In this document: in pieces, positions 45,417-55,649 of the stretch
How the letters are laid out: each line of letters opens with the position of its first letter
Position numbering within the stretch: position 1 is the first letter of the stretch
Assembly: GCA_036658435.1 (NCBI GenBank)
Contig: JAVXEO010000004.1
Location: 120-64,119, forward strand
DNA: 64,000 nucleotides
Source: Acetivibrio sp.
GTDB taxonomy: Bacteria > Bacillota > Clostridia > Lachnospirales > Lachnospiraceae
Direction of reading: 5' to 3'
Notes under the pieces: generated by a model
What the model was told of the DNA's origin: nothing
The model's input: the letters and a program-made list of their open reading frames with translations, nothing else
The model's database searches: none
Position numbers and translations under genes: made by a program

Positions 45417-47552
45417 TTATTCCATAGCTGCTGGAAGGGAAAGAATCACTTTAAATAAGTCTCCATCAATCTCCATTCGAAAACTTCCATGTTGTAACGC
45501 GATCAGACTATTGGCAATGCTCAGACCTAATCCACTGCCTTCCGAATTTCTGGATTCATCCCCACGTTTAAACCGCTCCATTAGTTCCTCTGCCTGAATA
45601 TTTAATTCATATGCAGAAATATTCTTCATTGTAAAGAAAACATTCCCGTCTTTTGTTTCTACCTCCATATAGACCCGGCTTCCACTCTGAGCATACTTCA
45701 CAACATTGGACAACAAGTTATCCAATACCCTCCAGGTTAGTCTTCCATCTGCTTTTACATAAGCTTCCGTTTCCGGTAATTTCATTCTTACCTCAAGCTC
45801 TGCTTTCTTTAGTTTTTCATCAAATTCACCCATTGCCTGACGTACAATTGCATTAAAATCAATCTTTTCCAGGTTAACCGGCATATCCCCGCTGGAAGCC
45901 TTGGCTGCTTCAAACAAATCGTTCGTTAAAACGGTAAGGCGTTGTGCTTTTCTATCAATGATATCAATATAACCTTTTACTGTTTCATTTTCTGTTTTTT
46001 CTTTCTTTAATAAATCCACATAGGTAACGATGGAGGTCAACGGCGTTTTTAAATCGTGGGAAACATTGGAAATCAGCTCTGATTTCAAGCGTTCCGAACG
46101 AAGTTCATTTGAAACTGCTGCATCCAGTCCCTGAGACAGGGTATTAATGTTTTCAGCCAATTCTTCCAAGATTCCTTCCTTATTTACTAATTGAATTTTG
46201 TAATCCAGCTGGCCTTCCTTAATTTTTTTTGTGCCTTCCGTTATTTCATTAAAGTCCCCCATATACTTGTAAATCAAGTAAATCAACAAAGCAATTACAA
46301 AAGGAGCTCCTACCCAGGTAGCACATAGTACAGGCAGCAAAACGGCTGCAATCAGTGCTCTTTTTGACAGTTTTCCTCTTTTCCATGATATACTGCACTT
46401 TTTAAATATATTTTTCAGAATTCGGAAGGAAATAAAGCCTTCCCAGAATTTTTTTGCCTTTACTCTTCTTATTTGTGACAATAAACAAAGTAATAGGACA
46501 CTTCCACTGGCTGCTAACCCTAACAAGGTTATTTTGAAAATCCACTCTTCTTTCACTTCTTTTTCCAGAATAGAATAGCTTAACATAAGAAAGCCCATTC
46601 CTGCCAGAATCCCAATTCCATACTCTGCTTCGGACCACAGTCGATCCCATGAATACAAATGCACTTCTTGTTCCTTTGGGCGCCTTCCTGTTGTTAATAC
46701 CAAGAAGCAGAAAGCAGCAAATCCAAGACAAATCAAAAATATTACAAGCTGAATGGTTTTTTCGGTTATTTCTTTTTTTGAACTCCACTCTCTTTCCTTT
46801 GCCTCATAAACCGACTGGGGCATGCCAATGTATACATTTTTTCCCTTCTCATTGTCTAAAATCGGATAATCAATATTTTCAATTCCTTTTAAATTACTTT
46901 GAACCTTTCCATTCTTTAAAATAGTTACATGCACGGGATACTTTCCATATCTCTCCTTTACTTGTTCTAGGTTCGCATCCTCACTTTCATATACAAAATC
47001 CTTTTGTTCTTTTACATAGTTTACATTGTCTTGATAGGTTTTTTCTTCTTTTTCCATATAGAGCTTCCGTACCTGCTCCTTTAGTTCCGGAAATGTTTTT
47101 AAGAATTTGGAAAATGTATATTCTTCCGTTTTATCTTTATCTTCGGAGGTTACATAAGGTTCTTCTTCCACATTCCAAACTTTTTCATAGGAAAAATAAA
47201 CATCATGCTCATAGCTTTCTATTATATTTGCTTTTTCGGTTCCTCTGGAATCTGCCCAGATTCTATAAGGCTCCTTAAGTATCTCTTCTATTTCTCGGTT
47301 TCTCTCTTGTAGCCCAAGTGCTTCCTTGCTTTCATAATCCATAATTTTATGCATTGCATGGGTATACTTACATATTTTGTCGTAAAGTAAATTACTATGG
47401 AGATAGTTCTCCGCATTCAATGTTCTTAAATCGATTCGATCTACATGACTCCAGTATAAAACTGCCACGCTCATTACACAGGCAAGCAATATACCGTATG
47501 CAATGCCCTTTGTATACCATTTTCTAGTTATATTTTTCAACTTTGTATCCAA
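45417..47552 (-). CDS. Sensor histidine kinase with large extracytoplasmic N-terminal domain
   Basis: 711 aa. A TM helix, a ~250-aa extracellular region, several TM helices, a HAMP-like region, H-box SHDLKTPLTSI, and an HATPase domain. Confidence 0.85.
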   Translation of the reverse strand: MDTKLKNITRKWYTKGIAYGILLACVMSVAVLYWSHVDRIDLRTLNAENYLHSNLLYDKICKYTHAMHKIMDYESKEALGLQERNREIEEILKEPYRIWADSRGTEKANIIESYEHDVYFSYEKVWNVEEEPYVTSEDKDKTEEYTFSKFLKTFPELKEQVRKLYMEKEEKTYQDNVNYVKEQKDFVYESEDANLEQVKERYGKYPVHVTILKNGKVQSNLKGIENIDYPILDNEKGKNVYIGMPQSVYEAKEREWSSKKEITEKTIQLVIFLICLGFAAFCFLVLTTGRRPKEQEVHLYSWDRLWSEAEYGIGILAGMGFLMLSYSILEKEVKEEWIFKITLLGLAASGSVLLLCLLSQIRRVKAKKFWEGFISFRILKNIFKKCSISWKRGKLSKRALIAAVLLPVLCATWVGAPFVIALLIYLIYKYMGDFNEITEGTKKIKEGQLDYKIQLVNKEGILEELAENINTLSQGLDAAVSNELRSERLKSELISNVSHDLKTPLTSIVTYVDLLKKEKTENETVKGYIDIIDRKAQRLTVLTNDLFEAAKASSGDMPVNLEKIDFNAIVRQAMGEFDEKLKKAELEVRMKLPETEAYVKADGRLTWRVLDNLLSNVVKYAQSGSRVYMEVETKDGNVFFTMKNISAYELNIQAEELMERFKRGDESRNSEGSGLGLSIANSLIALQHGSFRMEIDGDLFKVILSLPAAME

Positions 47553-48222
47553 CGCCCCACACCACCTTTAAGTATTTTGGTTCTTTCGCATTAATTTCAA
47601 TTTTTTCCCGAATTCTACGCACATGCACGGATACGGTATTTTCCGGATTAAAAGAGGGTTCTTTCCACACATTTTCATAAATCTGCTCAATGGAATATAC
47701 TCTCCCTGCATTTTTCAGCAGAAATTCCAGAATTCCAAACTCTACCGGTGTTAATTTTACACTTTCGCCGTCCACGGTTACTTCTCTTGTCTGTCCATTG
47801 AGACTAAGACCACCTGAGTTATAAACGCCCTCCCTTTTTACAATTTCCATGCTGCCAAGATCAGCATAACGCCGCAGCAGACTTTTCACTCTTGCAATCA
47901 ATTCCAAGGGATTAAAAGGTTTTGTCACATAATCATCCGCACCCATATTGAGACCCATAATCTTATCATAGTCTTCGCTTTTTGCAGATAACATAAGAAT
48001 GGGAAGATTTCTTTTCTCCCGAATCTTAAGGGTTGCCCTTATTCCATCCATCTTTGGCATCATGATGTCCATGATAATTAAATGAAATTCCTGTTCCTCC
48101 ACTATTTGAAGAGCCTGAATGCCATCATAGGCCTTCACAACCTCATACCCTTCATTGGTCAAATAAATATCGATTGCATCCGCAATTTCCCTTTCATCAT
48201 CACACACTAATATTCGAAACAT
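47524..48222 (-). CDS. OmpR-family response regulator
   Basis: 232 aa. REC domain plus winged helix (VSVHVRRIREKIE). Its 3' end overlaps the cognate kinase start by 29 nt. Confidence 0.9.
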   Translation of the reverse strand: MFRILVCDDEREIADAIDIYLTNEGYEVVKAYDGIQALQIVEEQEFHLIIMDIMMPKMDGIRATLKIREKRNLPILMLSAKSEDYDKIMGLNMGADDYVTKPFNPLELIARVKSLLRRYADLGSMEIVKREGVYNSGGLSLNGQTREVTVDGESVKLTPVEFGILEFLLKNAGRVYSIEQIYENVWKEPSFNPENTVSVHVRRIREKIEINAKEPKYLKVVWGVGYKVEKYN

Positions 48223-48456
48223 TTTTTACTTCTCCTCCTTTTCTCGTTTTCTCGTTTTTTTTGCGGATCTTTCTTACATAGAATAGTATATCGAATCTAT
48301 CTTAAGAAAGTCCCACTCTATTTCCTAAGATTTTCTTAATACTGTATGTTCCCTTTTATTCATTTCCCGTATTGTAATCTTTTTTTATTTTTGCTATACT
48401 TTATTACAGTAGTACACTGTTAAAGAAGCTAATATATTTATTCAAGGAGGACAATC

Positions 48457-49683
48457 ATGGATTATAGAACCTATTTAAGAAACTATCCGGATACAAATGG
48501 ACGTTTTGGCCCTTATGGCGGAGCTTATCTTCAGGAAGAACTGATTCCGGCATTTGAGGAAATATCCGAAGCCTATCAGACAATCTGCCATTCTTCACAG
48601 TTCATCAATGAGCTTCGAAGAATACGTAAAGAATTTCAAGGTCGCCCTACTCCGGTCTATCATTGCGAGCGTCTATCTTCCTATGTGGGTGGTGCACAGA
48701 TCTATTTAAAAAGGGAAGATTTGAATCATACCGGTGCCCATAAGTTAAATCATTGTATGGGAGAAGGACTTTTAGCAAAATTTATGGGTAAAAAGCGTCT
48801 CATTGCCGAAACCGGTGCCGGGCAGCACGGCGTTGCCTTAGCCACAGCGGCTGCCTTCTTTGGCATGGAATGTGAAATCCACATGGGGGAGGTTGACATT
48901 GCCAAGCAGGCTCCCAATGTGACTCGTATGAAGATACTGGGAGCTACTGTCGTTCCCGTTACACATGGTCTTAAGACCTTAAAAGAAGCGGTAGATTCTG
49001 CTTTTGCATCCTATGCAAAAAATTATAAAGATTCCATATACTGTATTGGATCTGCTTTAGGTCCACATCCATTTCCATTAATGGTTCGTGATTTTCAGGC
49101 AGTCATTGGCTATGAAGCAAAAGACCAGTTCAAAGAAATGACCGGTCTGCTGCCGGATGTAATCTGTGCCTGCGTTGGGGGTGGGAGTAACTCCATTGGA
49201 CTTTTTGTTCCTTTTTTGGAAGAGCCGGTTGATATTGTAGGCATTGAGCCTTTGGGAAGAGGAACGACTCTTGGTGATCATGCAGCTTCTATGTCTTATG
49301 GAGAAAAAGGAATTATGCATGGTTTTGAAAGTATTATGCTAAAAGATGCAAAAGGAGAGCCTGCACCGGTGTATTCTATTGCCAGTGGACTTGACTATCC
49401 TTCGGTTGGTCCGGAACACGCTTTTCTTCACGATCTTGGTCGTGTACAATACGACACGGCAAGTGATGAAGAAGCCATGGAAGCCTTTTTCCTTCTCTCC
49501 CGTCTGGAAGGTATTATACCTGCTCTGGAAAGTTCTCACGCCGTTGCCTATGCTATGCGAAAAGCAAAGGAGATGAAACAAGGTTCTATTTTAGTGAACT
49601 TAAGCGGACGAGGCGATAAGGATGTTGACTATGTTGTGGAACATTATGGATACGGGGAGGCATACAAACCCTTATCTAAGTAA
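48457..49683 (+). CDS. trpB: Tryptophan synthase beta-chain-like PLP enzyme (stand-alone)
   Basis: 408 aa. [37 protein letters not shown] (PLP lysine), [27 protein letters not shown]. No other trp genes are in the window. Confidence 0.85.
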   Translation: MDYRTYLRNYPDTNGRFGPYGGAYLQEELIPAFEEISEAYQTICHSSQFINELRRIRKEFQGRPTPVYHCERLSSYVGGAQIYLKREDLNHTGAHKLNHCMGEGLLAKFMGKKRLIAETGAGQHGVALATAAAFFGMECEIHMGEVDIAKQAPNVTRMKILGATVVPVTHGLKTLKEAVDSAFASYAKNYKDSIYCIGSALGPHPFPLMVRDFQAVIGYEAKDQFKEMTGLLPDVICACVGGGSNSIGLFVPFLEEPVDIVGIEPLGRGTTLGDHAASMSYGEKGIMHGFESIMLKDAKGEPAPVYSIASGLDYPSVGPEHAFLHDLGRVQYDTASDEEAMEAFFLLSRLEGIIPALESSHAVAYAMRKAKEMKQGSILVNLSGRGDKDVDYVVEHYGYGEAYKPLSK

Positions 49684-49694
49684 ATAAGAACAGA

Positions 49695-49737
49695 AAACCC
49701 CGCCTTGCTGGCTTTTACAGTCAGCAAGGCGGGGTTT
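49695..49737. terminator. Bidirectional hairpin between convergent trpB and the 5'-nucleotidase gene
   Basis: 16-bp perfect stem AAACCCCGCCTTGCTG / CAGCAAGGCGGGGTTT with an 11-nt loop. Confidence 0.65.
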
Positions 49738-49756
49738 CCTGTTCCTATTTATGTAG

Positions 49757-52084
49757 TTATTTCTTTGTTACTTTTTTTGTTACTTTCTTTGTTTTAACAA
49801 CTACACCTTCTTTGTTGCAATAATACTTCACTTTACCTACGGTTATCCATTTGGATATTGCTAATTCACCGGACTTTGTTGCAAAATATTTTTTACCATT
49901 TACTTTTACTAACTTGTTTGTAACAATCTTTCCGGTTCCTTTTGTTGTGTAATAACGTGCCCCGTCTGTTTCAACGAAAGAACCTCTTACAACTTCTCCT
50001 GTCTTTCCAACAATATATTTGTTTCCTTTTTCTGTAGCAACAATTGCGGATACATATTTTTCACCTTTTTCATTCAGAATAAAGCGTTTTCCATCCTCTG
50101 TCTTAACAACAGCATCTGCTATTTTTTTACCATCTTCTGTATAGAAGAATCCATCTTTGTTTTCCTTTGCGATAACTGCTTTTGTATCCATCTTAACTTT
50201 TACTGTTTCTTTTACTTCAACTTCAACATTACCCGTGGTTTTGCTTTCTTCCGGCTTTGGCGTTGGTGTTGGTGTTGGTACTGATGGTATAACGTTTGGC
50301 GTTCCCGGATTGGATTCCTCTACTACTCTGTCAATAATAGTTGGCGTTGTTGTAACCTTTAATTTGCCATTATTGGCTGCGGCTTCTTTCTTTAAAGCAT
50401 TAATAAAGCTTAGATTATCAATGACAGGGTCTGTCCCATTCGTAGCTTCCCTTGATTTAAGGGCTTTAAATGGAGATTCGCCCCCTAAAGTTTTATCCCC
50501 AGTATAGGTTGCAATAAATTCATTGGTACATACAATCATTTTCGTATCGGCTTTTTCTTTCCAAACTCCATTTGAATAAACTACTTTATCGCCTATCTCT
50601 ATGGTATCTACTACGTCATTCGTATAATAAACCGTAGCTCCACCAATTCTAAAGTCTAAGAACTTACCACCATAAGGAGTGGTTGATTCATATCCGGCAC
50701 CCGTTCTTCCATAGTTCATGATATCCAGGAAAGCCTTATAGGTTATTTCAAAGGTTGGAAGCTTGTTATCAAATGGTGCCATATTGTATATGTCACCCTG
50801 GGTAACCATCTTTGATTCTCCTGTAAACTTAATTTCATCACGAATACCACCTGCATTTGTAATGGATACATCCGCTCCGGTTGCTTTGTTCATCAGCTCT
50901 GTCATCCAGGTTCCTGCCGTAGAGGACTGCTTATTGCCCGCAATGGGATCTTTTGTAATCTGTGTAGTAATGCTTCCCAGTTCTGCTGTCAATATAGGAG
51001 CAACACTATTATATGCAAGTTCACTAATTTTGACAATTTTTTGGTCTAATTTAGTGTTGTTTGGTGTATTGTAAAGATCAGGTCCTGCTTTTGTAATATC
51101 AACTGTCTTTAGAGCGTTTGCTGCTACTACTGTCTTACCATTTTCTACCGTAAAGGTAAGATCTATACGTGCAGCTGCTCTTGCCTGATTCTTTGGCTGG
51201 GCATAAGCCACACCATTTGCTGTCTTTCCATCTACACTTCTATGAGTATGACCACCAAGAACGGCATCAATTGCTGTACCTTGATTTAATTTTTCCGCAA
51301 CTACCTTTGCTTCTGCATGTACTAAAAGCACCGATGCATCAATGGTACCTGCAGCTTCTAATGCTTTTGCTGTTGCTTCCATTTCCTTTAATTTCTCTTC
51401 TTTAATTTCGTAACCTGCAAATCTAGCTGCCATTACATCTTTTGAATAATCATCTACATATCCAAAAATAGCAACCTCAAATTCCTTTTTGGTACCATCA
51501 GTACCTTTAAGATATTTCGTAACAATTGCACAGTCTGTGGCATATTTAATACGGTTTTCCGTTCCTTTTTCATAGATATTGCCACAAACTACAGGGGTTA
51601 TACCTGTGCCGGTTACCGTTCCACTAAGATTATAGCCTTTAATGGTTCCATCATCATCATTTACTGCATCAATTCCCCAGTCAAATTCATGATTTCCAAG
51701 TCCTACTGCATCGTATCCCATAGCATCGTAAGCTGCTCTTAAAGCTGCGCCGCTTGCTAAATTAGAAATGGGATTACCCTGGTAGATATCTCCACCATCC
51801 AGCAATAATGCGCCACCGGTTGCAGTTGCACCATATGTATTTCTTAACTCGTTAACCAAGTTTGAAATATACGCCATACGGTATTGATATGTATCCTTGT
51901 TTCCCGATGATACATCCATTAAGAATCCATGGACATCCGATGTTTCTACAATTGGTAAAGTATAAACTACCTTGGTTGCTGCAGCAGTAGCACTTACGCT
52001 CCCAAACTGCAAACCGCCTACTGCTAGCATAATGGCCATAGCAAATGCGATTATTTGTTGTTTCCCTCTCTTGAAACTTAACAT
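49757..52084 (-). CDS. Secreted bifunctional metallophosphatase / 5'-nucleotidase with Pro/Thr linker and C-terminal cell-wall-binding-type repeats
   Basis: 775 aa with a signal peptide. Calcineurin-type motifs (DVHG, GGDIYQGN, GNHEFD, GGHTH) and a 5'-nucleotidase C-domain. A VPTPTPTPKPEE linker is followed by ~20-aa repeats (GKKYFATKSGELA, GKVKYYCNKEGVV...). Confidence 0.85.
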   Translation of the reverse strand: MLSFKRGKQQIIAFAMAIMLAVGGLQFGSVSATAAATKVVYTLPIVETSDVHGFLMDVSSGNKDTYQYRMAYISNLVNELRNTYGATATGGALLLDGGDIYQGNPISNLASGAALRAAYDAMGYDAVGLGNHEFDWGIDAVNDDDGTIKGYNLSGTVTGTGITPVVCGNIYEKGTENRIKYATDCAIVTKYLKGTDGTKKEFEVAIFGYVDDYSKDVMAARFAGYEIKEEKLKEMEATAKALEAAGTIDASVLLVHAEAKVVAEKLNQGTAIDAVLGGHTHRSVDGKTANGVAYAQPKNQARAAARIDLTFTVENGKTVVAANALKTVDITKAGPDLYNTPNNTKLDQKIVKISELAYNSVAPILTAELGSITTQITKDPIAGNKQSSTAGTWMTELMNKATGADVSITNAGGIRDEIKFTGESKMVTQGDIYNMAPFDNKLPTFEITYKAFLDIMNYGRTGAGYESTTPYGGKFLDFRIGGATVYYTNDVVDTIEIGDKVVYSNGVWKEKADTKMIVCTNEFIATYTGDKTLGGESPFKALKSREATNGTDPVIDNLSFINALKKEAAANNGKLKVTTTPTIIDRVVEESNPGTPNVIPSVPTPTPTPKPEESKTTGNVEVEVKETVKVKMDTKAVIAKENKDGFFYTEDGKKIADAVVKTEDGKRFILNEKGEKYVSAIVATEKGNKYIVGKTGEVVRGSFVETDGARYYTTKGTGKIVTNKLVKVNGKKYFATKSGELAISKWITVGKVKYYCNKEGVVVKTKKVTKKVTKK

Positions 52085-52162
52085 TATTCTACCTCCGTTT
52101 ATTTTTTTTGATACGAATACAGTGTACCTCTTTTTCCTTCTTTTTACAATCTTATTTTAAAA

Positions 52163-52202
52163 AAAGACAATTTGTAAATATAAAATTTTACAAATTGTCT
52201 TT
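52163..52202 (-). terminator. Intrinsic terminator after the upstream 5'-nucleotidase gene
   Basis: 16-bp perfect stem AAAGACAATTTGTAAA / TTTACAAATTGTCTTT, followed on the minus strand by a T-run. Confidence 0.7.
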
Positions 52203-52209
52203 TTCTCAT

Positions 52210-53910
52210 TTATTTAATCGTAAGTCTTCCTTCTCCTGAAAGGTTTGAATATTCTTTGCTTACTTCACCTTTTAAGTTTTCGGTTAAGTATTTGATTAAC
52301 AGTTCATTATCTCCAACGGTATCATCTTTAAGAACTTTGTCATTCATAAACATGGTATAACCATCTCCGCCATTTCTTAAAGTATAATTGATTCCTGCTA
52401 ATACATATTTTTTCTTAAGGTCTAATTTCTCATATTTTTTTGTTTTACTGTTTAATACCATAACTTCTGTTACACGGTATTTTCCATTTACGCTCTTGAA
52501 CATTCCTTTTTCATCTTTTTTAACAGAAGATGGAATGGAAGGGTCGATGGTGTATTTCATTCCGGAAACATGTAAAAATCCACCATTCTCTTCTGGATAA
52601 AGACTTGCGCCCATTTCCAGTGCATCTTTCAGCTGTTGTCCGGTTGCCTGTACGGTACAACCCATATTACCAAATGGGAATACGGTAATCAAACTGTCAT
52701 ATGTAATGTCCCCTGCAGGGATGTCAGCACGGATACCACCACCATTCATAATGGCTACATCCGCTTCTAATACGTTACGAAGTGCATCCGCACAGAAGTC
52801 ACCAAGGTTTGTCTCTGCATTACGGACTGCACGTTTTTTACCATCCGGAGCCATGGTGGTTAATTTGAATTCTGTTTTACCAATTACTTTTCCTGTCTGC
52901 TCTTTTAACTTCGCTTTTTCAGCAGCAATATACTCTTTTACATCTTTATCCGTCTTGGTATAACTTTTTAAGGATACTAAGTCTGTGGTTATTTTTCCGT
53001 CTTCCGCAATAACAAGTTTTCCAATGTTATTAAACTTACTTCCGGTTGAAGAAGAAACCACTTCTTTACCATCTTTATTCTTTACCAGGGTGGATGCAAA
53101 TGTACTATGAGAATGTCCGTCTAATAATATATCGATACCGGTTGTATTCTCTATAACACCGGTAGAAGTCCATTCCGGTATGGTTGCTCCGTCTATTCCC
53201 AGATGAGCAAGAGCTACAACGTAATCAGCACCTGCTTTTCTAGCTACATTTACTGTTTTTTGTACACGGGCAAATAACTGTTTTCCTGTCTTGTCTTCAG
53301 AAAAGCTATAGATATATTTTCCGTTTTCATCCTGGAAAAAGGTAGGGGTTGATTTTGTAAAGGATTCCGGTGTAGAAATTCCAACAAAAGCTACTTTTTT
53401 ATCACCATATTTTTTCATGGTATAAGAAGGATATACTGCCTTTTTTGTCTCTAAGTCCATATAGTTACAGCTTACTACTTTTGCTTGAAACTTATTTGTT
53501 AACATTCTTAATTGTTCAATTCCATAATCAAATTCATGATTGCCAAGGGTGGTAACATCATATCCAACCTGATTCATAATATCAATGATGGTCTCTCCTT
53601 TGGATAAAGCGCCCATGGTAGCACCTTGAATAAAGTCTCCATTGGATACTAAGGCTACATTACTTGTCTTTTCTAACATATCTTTCTTTAAGGCTGCAAT
53701 ACTTGCGTATCCATCCACTGCACAATGTACGTCATTGTCATAAAGAATAACGATATCCCCCTGTGCTACTCCGTCCGCTGGACCCTTTACGGCAATCACC
53801 GGAATTTCCTCTGCCTGTAAAGACTGTGCCGGAATACCGGACATACCCAGTAACAGAGCGACTGCAAGGACTACAGATAACACTTTTTGTAACTTCTTTG
53901 ATACTTTCAT
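52210..53910 (-). CDS. Secreted bifunctional metallophosphatase / 5'-nucleotidase (UshA-like)
   Basis: 566 aa with a signal peptide. Motifs DVHC, NGDFIQG, GNHEFD, GHSH, and a 5'-nucleotidase C-terminal domain. Confidence 0.85.
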   Translation of the reverse strand: MKVSKKLQKVLSVVLAVALLLGMSGIPAQSLQAEEIPVIAVKGPADGVAQGDIVILYDNDVHCAVDGYASIAALKKDMLEKTSNVALVSNGDFIQGATMGALSKGETIIDIMNQVGYDVTTLGNHEFDYGIEQLRMLTNKFQAKVVSCNYMDLETKKAVYPSYTMKKYGDKKVAFVGISTPESFTKSTPTFFQDENGKYIYSFSEDKTGKQLFARVQKTVNVARKAGADYVVALAHLGIDGATIPEWTSTGVIENTTGIDILLDGHSHSTFASTLVKNKDGKEVVSSSTGSKFNNIGKLVIAEDGKITTDLVSLKSYTKTDKDVKEYIAAEKAKLKEQTGKVIGKTEFKLTTMAPDGKKRAVRNAETNLGDFCADALRNVLEADVAIMNGGGIRADIPAGDITYDSLITVFPFGNMGCTVQATGQQLKDALEMGASLYPEENGGFLHVSGMKYTIDPSIPSSVKKDEKGMFKSVNGKYRVTEVMVLNSKTKKYEKLDLKKKYVLAGINYTLRNGGDGYTMFMNDKVLKDDTVGDNELLIKYLTENLKGEVSKEYSNLSGEGRLTIK

Positions 53911-54025
53911 AATACATTCCTCTCTTTCTTTTAAATAATTGTACTTTTATTTTAACATTTTTAGATAATATTACAAGTCTTTCTTTACTATTTTCACGGT
54001 TAATCTTTCATCTGGCGGTAGTGTA

Positions 54026-54922
54026 TCATCCACCGGAATTTTCCGACAAAAAACACTGTAGTGCCCCCATTAAGTTTGCATCGTTTCCAAATTCACAAGC
54101 AACTACTTCTGCCTGTGGTATTGGATAGGGGCAGGCTGCATACATAGCCTGTAAGTTCTTTTTTATATACGCAATCAGCATCGGCTGGTTACCAATTCCT
54201 CCACCAATAGCAAATCTTTCCGGATCTAATATTGTCTGTAAATTAAATATCTGCACCGCTATTTCTTTTGTATACTGTTCCAAACATTCTCTCGCCTCTT
54301 CCTCCCCACGGTTCACTGCTTCAAATACCATTTCTCCATTCACTTTGGCTGGATCCATTCCTTTTTTTTCTGCAAATAGTTTGCATAGATACGGGGTTCC
54401 TCCACGATTTCCCCATACCGTATCATAGGAAGGCATTCCATCCCGCAAGGTTGTAATATACGATACTTCCCCTGCGGAAAAATGCTTTCCTTTATGCAGT
54501 TTATGATCTTTTATAAAAGCTCCACCTATCATAGTCCCTAAAATAATTGCAAATCCATCGGCTGTATCCTTTAAGCTTCCTAAGGCAGCCTCTGCCATTG
54601 CCGCACACTTTGCATCATTTTCTATATGTATTTTCACCGGACACCGCTTATATAAACTTTGGCAGAAATAAAAATCATCATTATATCTTAAGGCACCACC
54701 CATGATGCAATAGCCCTGATCGGAATCAATAATGCCCGGCATTGCAATTGCAATTCCCTCTATATTGGGAAATTCATCATATAAACGACCAATGGCTTCT
54801 ATGAGCTGCTGGCGGTCTTCTTTTGGTGTGTTCACTTTTCCTCTGGCATAAATTTTTTGATCTTCCCCCATGCAGGCATACTTCATTGCCGTGCCTCCAA
54901 TATCAATTACCAATATCTTCAT
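54026..54922 (-). CDS. ROK-family sugar kinase
   Basis: 298 aa. N-terminal ILVIDIGGTAMK ATP-binding loop and ROK-type GGAxxxG, GHxxxxG-like motifs. It has no HTH, so I call it a kinase rather than a repressor. Confidence 0.8.
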   Translation of the reverse strand: MKILVIDIGGTAMKYACMGEDQKIYARGKVNTPKEDRQQLIEAIGRLYDEFPNIEGIAIAMPGIIDSDQGYCIMGGALRYNDDFYFCQSLYKRCPVKIHIENDAKCAAMAEAALGSLKDTADGFAIILGTMIGGAFIKDHKLHKGKHFSAGEVSYITTLRDGMPSYDTVWGNRGGTPYLCKLFAEKKGMDPAKVNGEMVFEAVNRGEEEARECLEQYTKEIAVQIFNLQTILDPERFAIGGGIGNQPMLIAYIKKNLQAMYAACPYPIPQAEVVACEFGNDANLMGALQCFLSENSGG

Positions 54923-54944
54923 ATGTGCATTCTCCTTACCCGTT

Positions 54945-55622
54945 CTAACAGCTGCTCATAGTAATTCCTTCACCCGTCAAATTTTCAAAGTCACTTATAA
55001 ATACATCAACTGCCGAGGTAATGGCTTGATTTTTCACGAATCCTTCTATAATATCCGGTGCAGCCGTAGAGGCACCAATTCCATATTTACATAGTTCCAG
55101 TACCTGTTGGGAATTTTTAAAACTTGCAGCCAGTACTTCTGTAGGCAAGTCATTTTTTTTGAAAATATCATGCATGTTTTTTGCAATCTGGATTCCATCA
55201 TATCCCATATTATCGATTCGATTAATATAGGGTGCTGCATAGGCAGCACCACTTTTTCCGGCAAGAAATGCTTGCATCGGTGTATAAATCGCAGTCGCTG
55301 TAATTAAAATTCCTTGTTTATGCAAAGATTTCATGGCTTTGAAACCTTCTTTAATCGATGGCACCTTTACATAGGTATTTTTTCCAAGTTCTTCTACTAT
55401 TCGTTGGGCATCCTCTATCATTCCTTCTGCTTTATCTGCCACCACCTGCACATGAAGTTCTGCTTCTTCTCCAATAAACTCTCGAATCTCTTTTAGCACT
55501 TCATAAGGCTTTCTTCCACTCTTGGCAAGGATGGATGGATTGGTTGTAACTCCATCTATAGGATAATATTCATATATTTTTTTAATATTTTCTAAGTTTG
55601 CATCATCAATAATTAATTTCAT
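54945..55622 (-). CDS. Fructose-6-phosphate aldolase / transaldolase-family (FSA/TalC-type) aldolase
   Basis: 225 aa. MKLIIDDANLENIKK...IDGVTTNPSIL, and a Schiff-base lysine context YVKVPS, as in E. coli FsaA/FsaB. Confidence 0.85.
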   Translation of the reverse strand: MKLIIDDANLENIKKIYEYYPIDGVTTNPSILAKSGRKPYEVLKEIREFIGEEAELHVQVVADKAEGMIEDAQRIVEELGKNTYVKVPSIKEGFKAMKSLHKQGILITATAIYTPMQAFLAGKSGAAYAAPYINRIDNMGYDGIQIAKNMHDIFKKNDLPTEVLAASFKNSQQVLELCKYGIGASTAAPDIIEGFVKNQAITSAVDVFISDFENLTGEGITMSSC

Positions 55623-55649
55623 TTCATTCGTTCCTTTCGTTTTTGCTTT

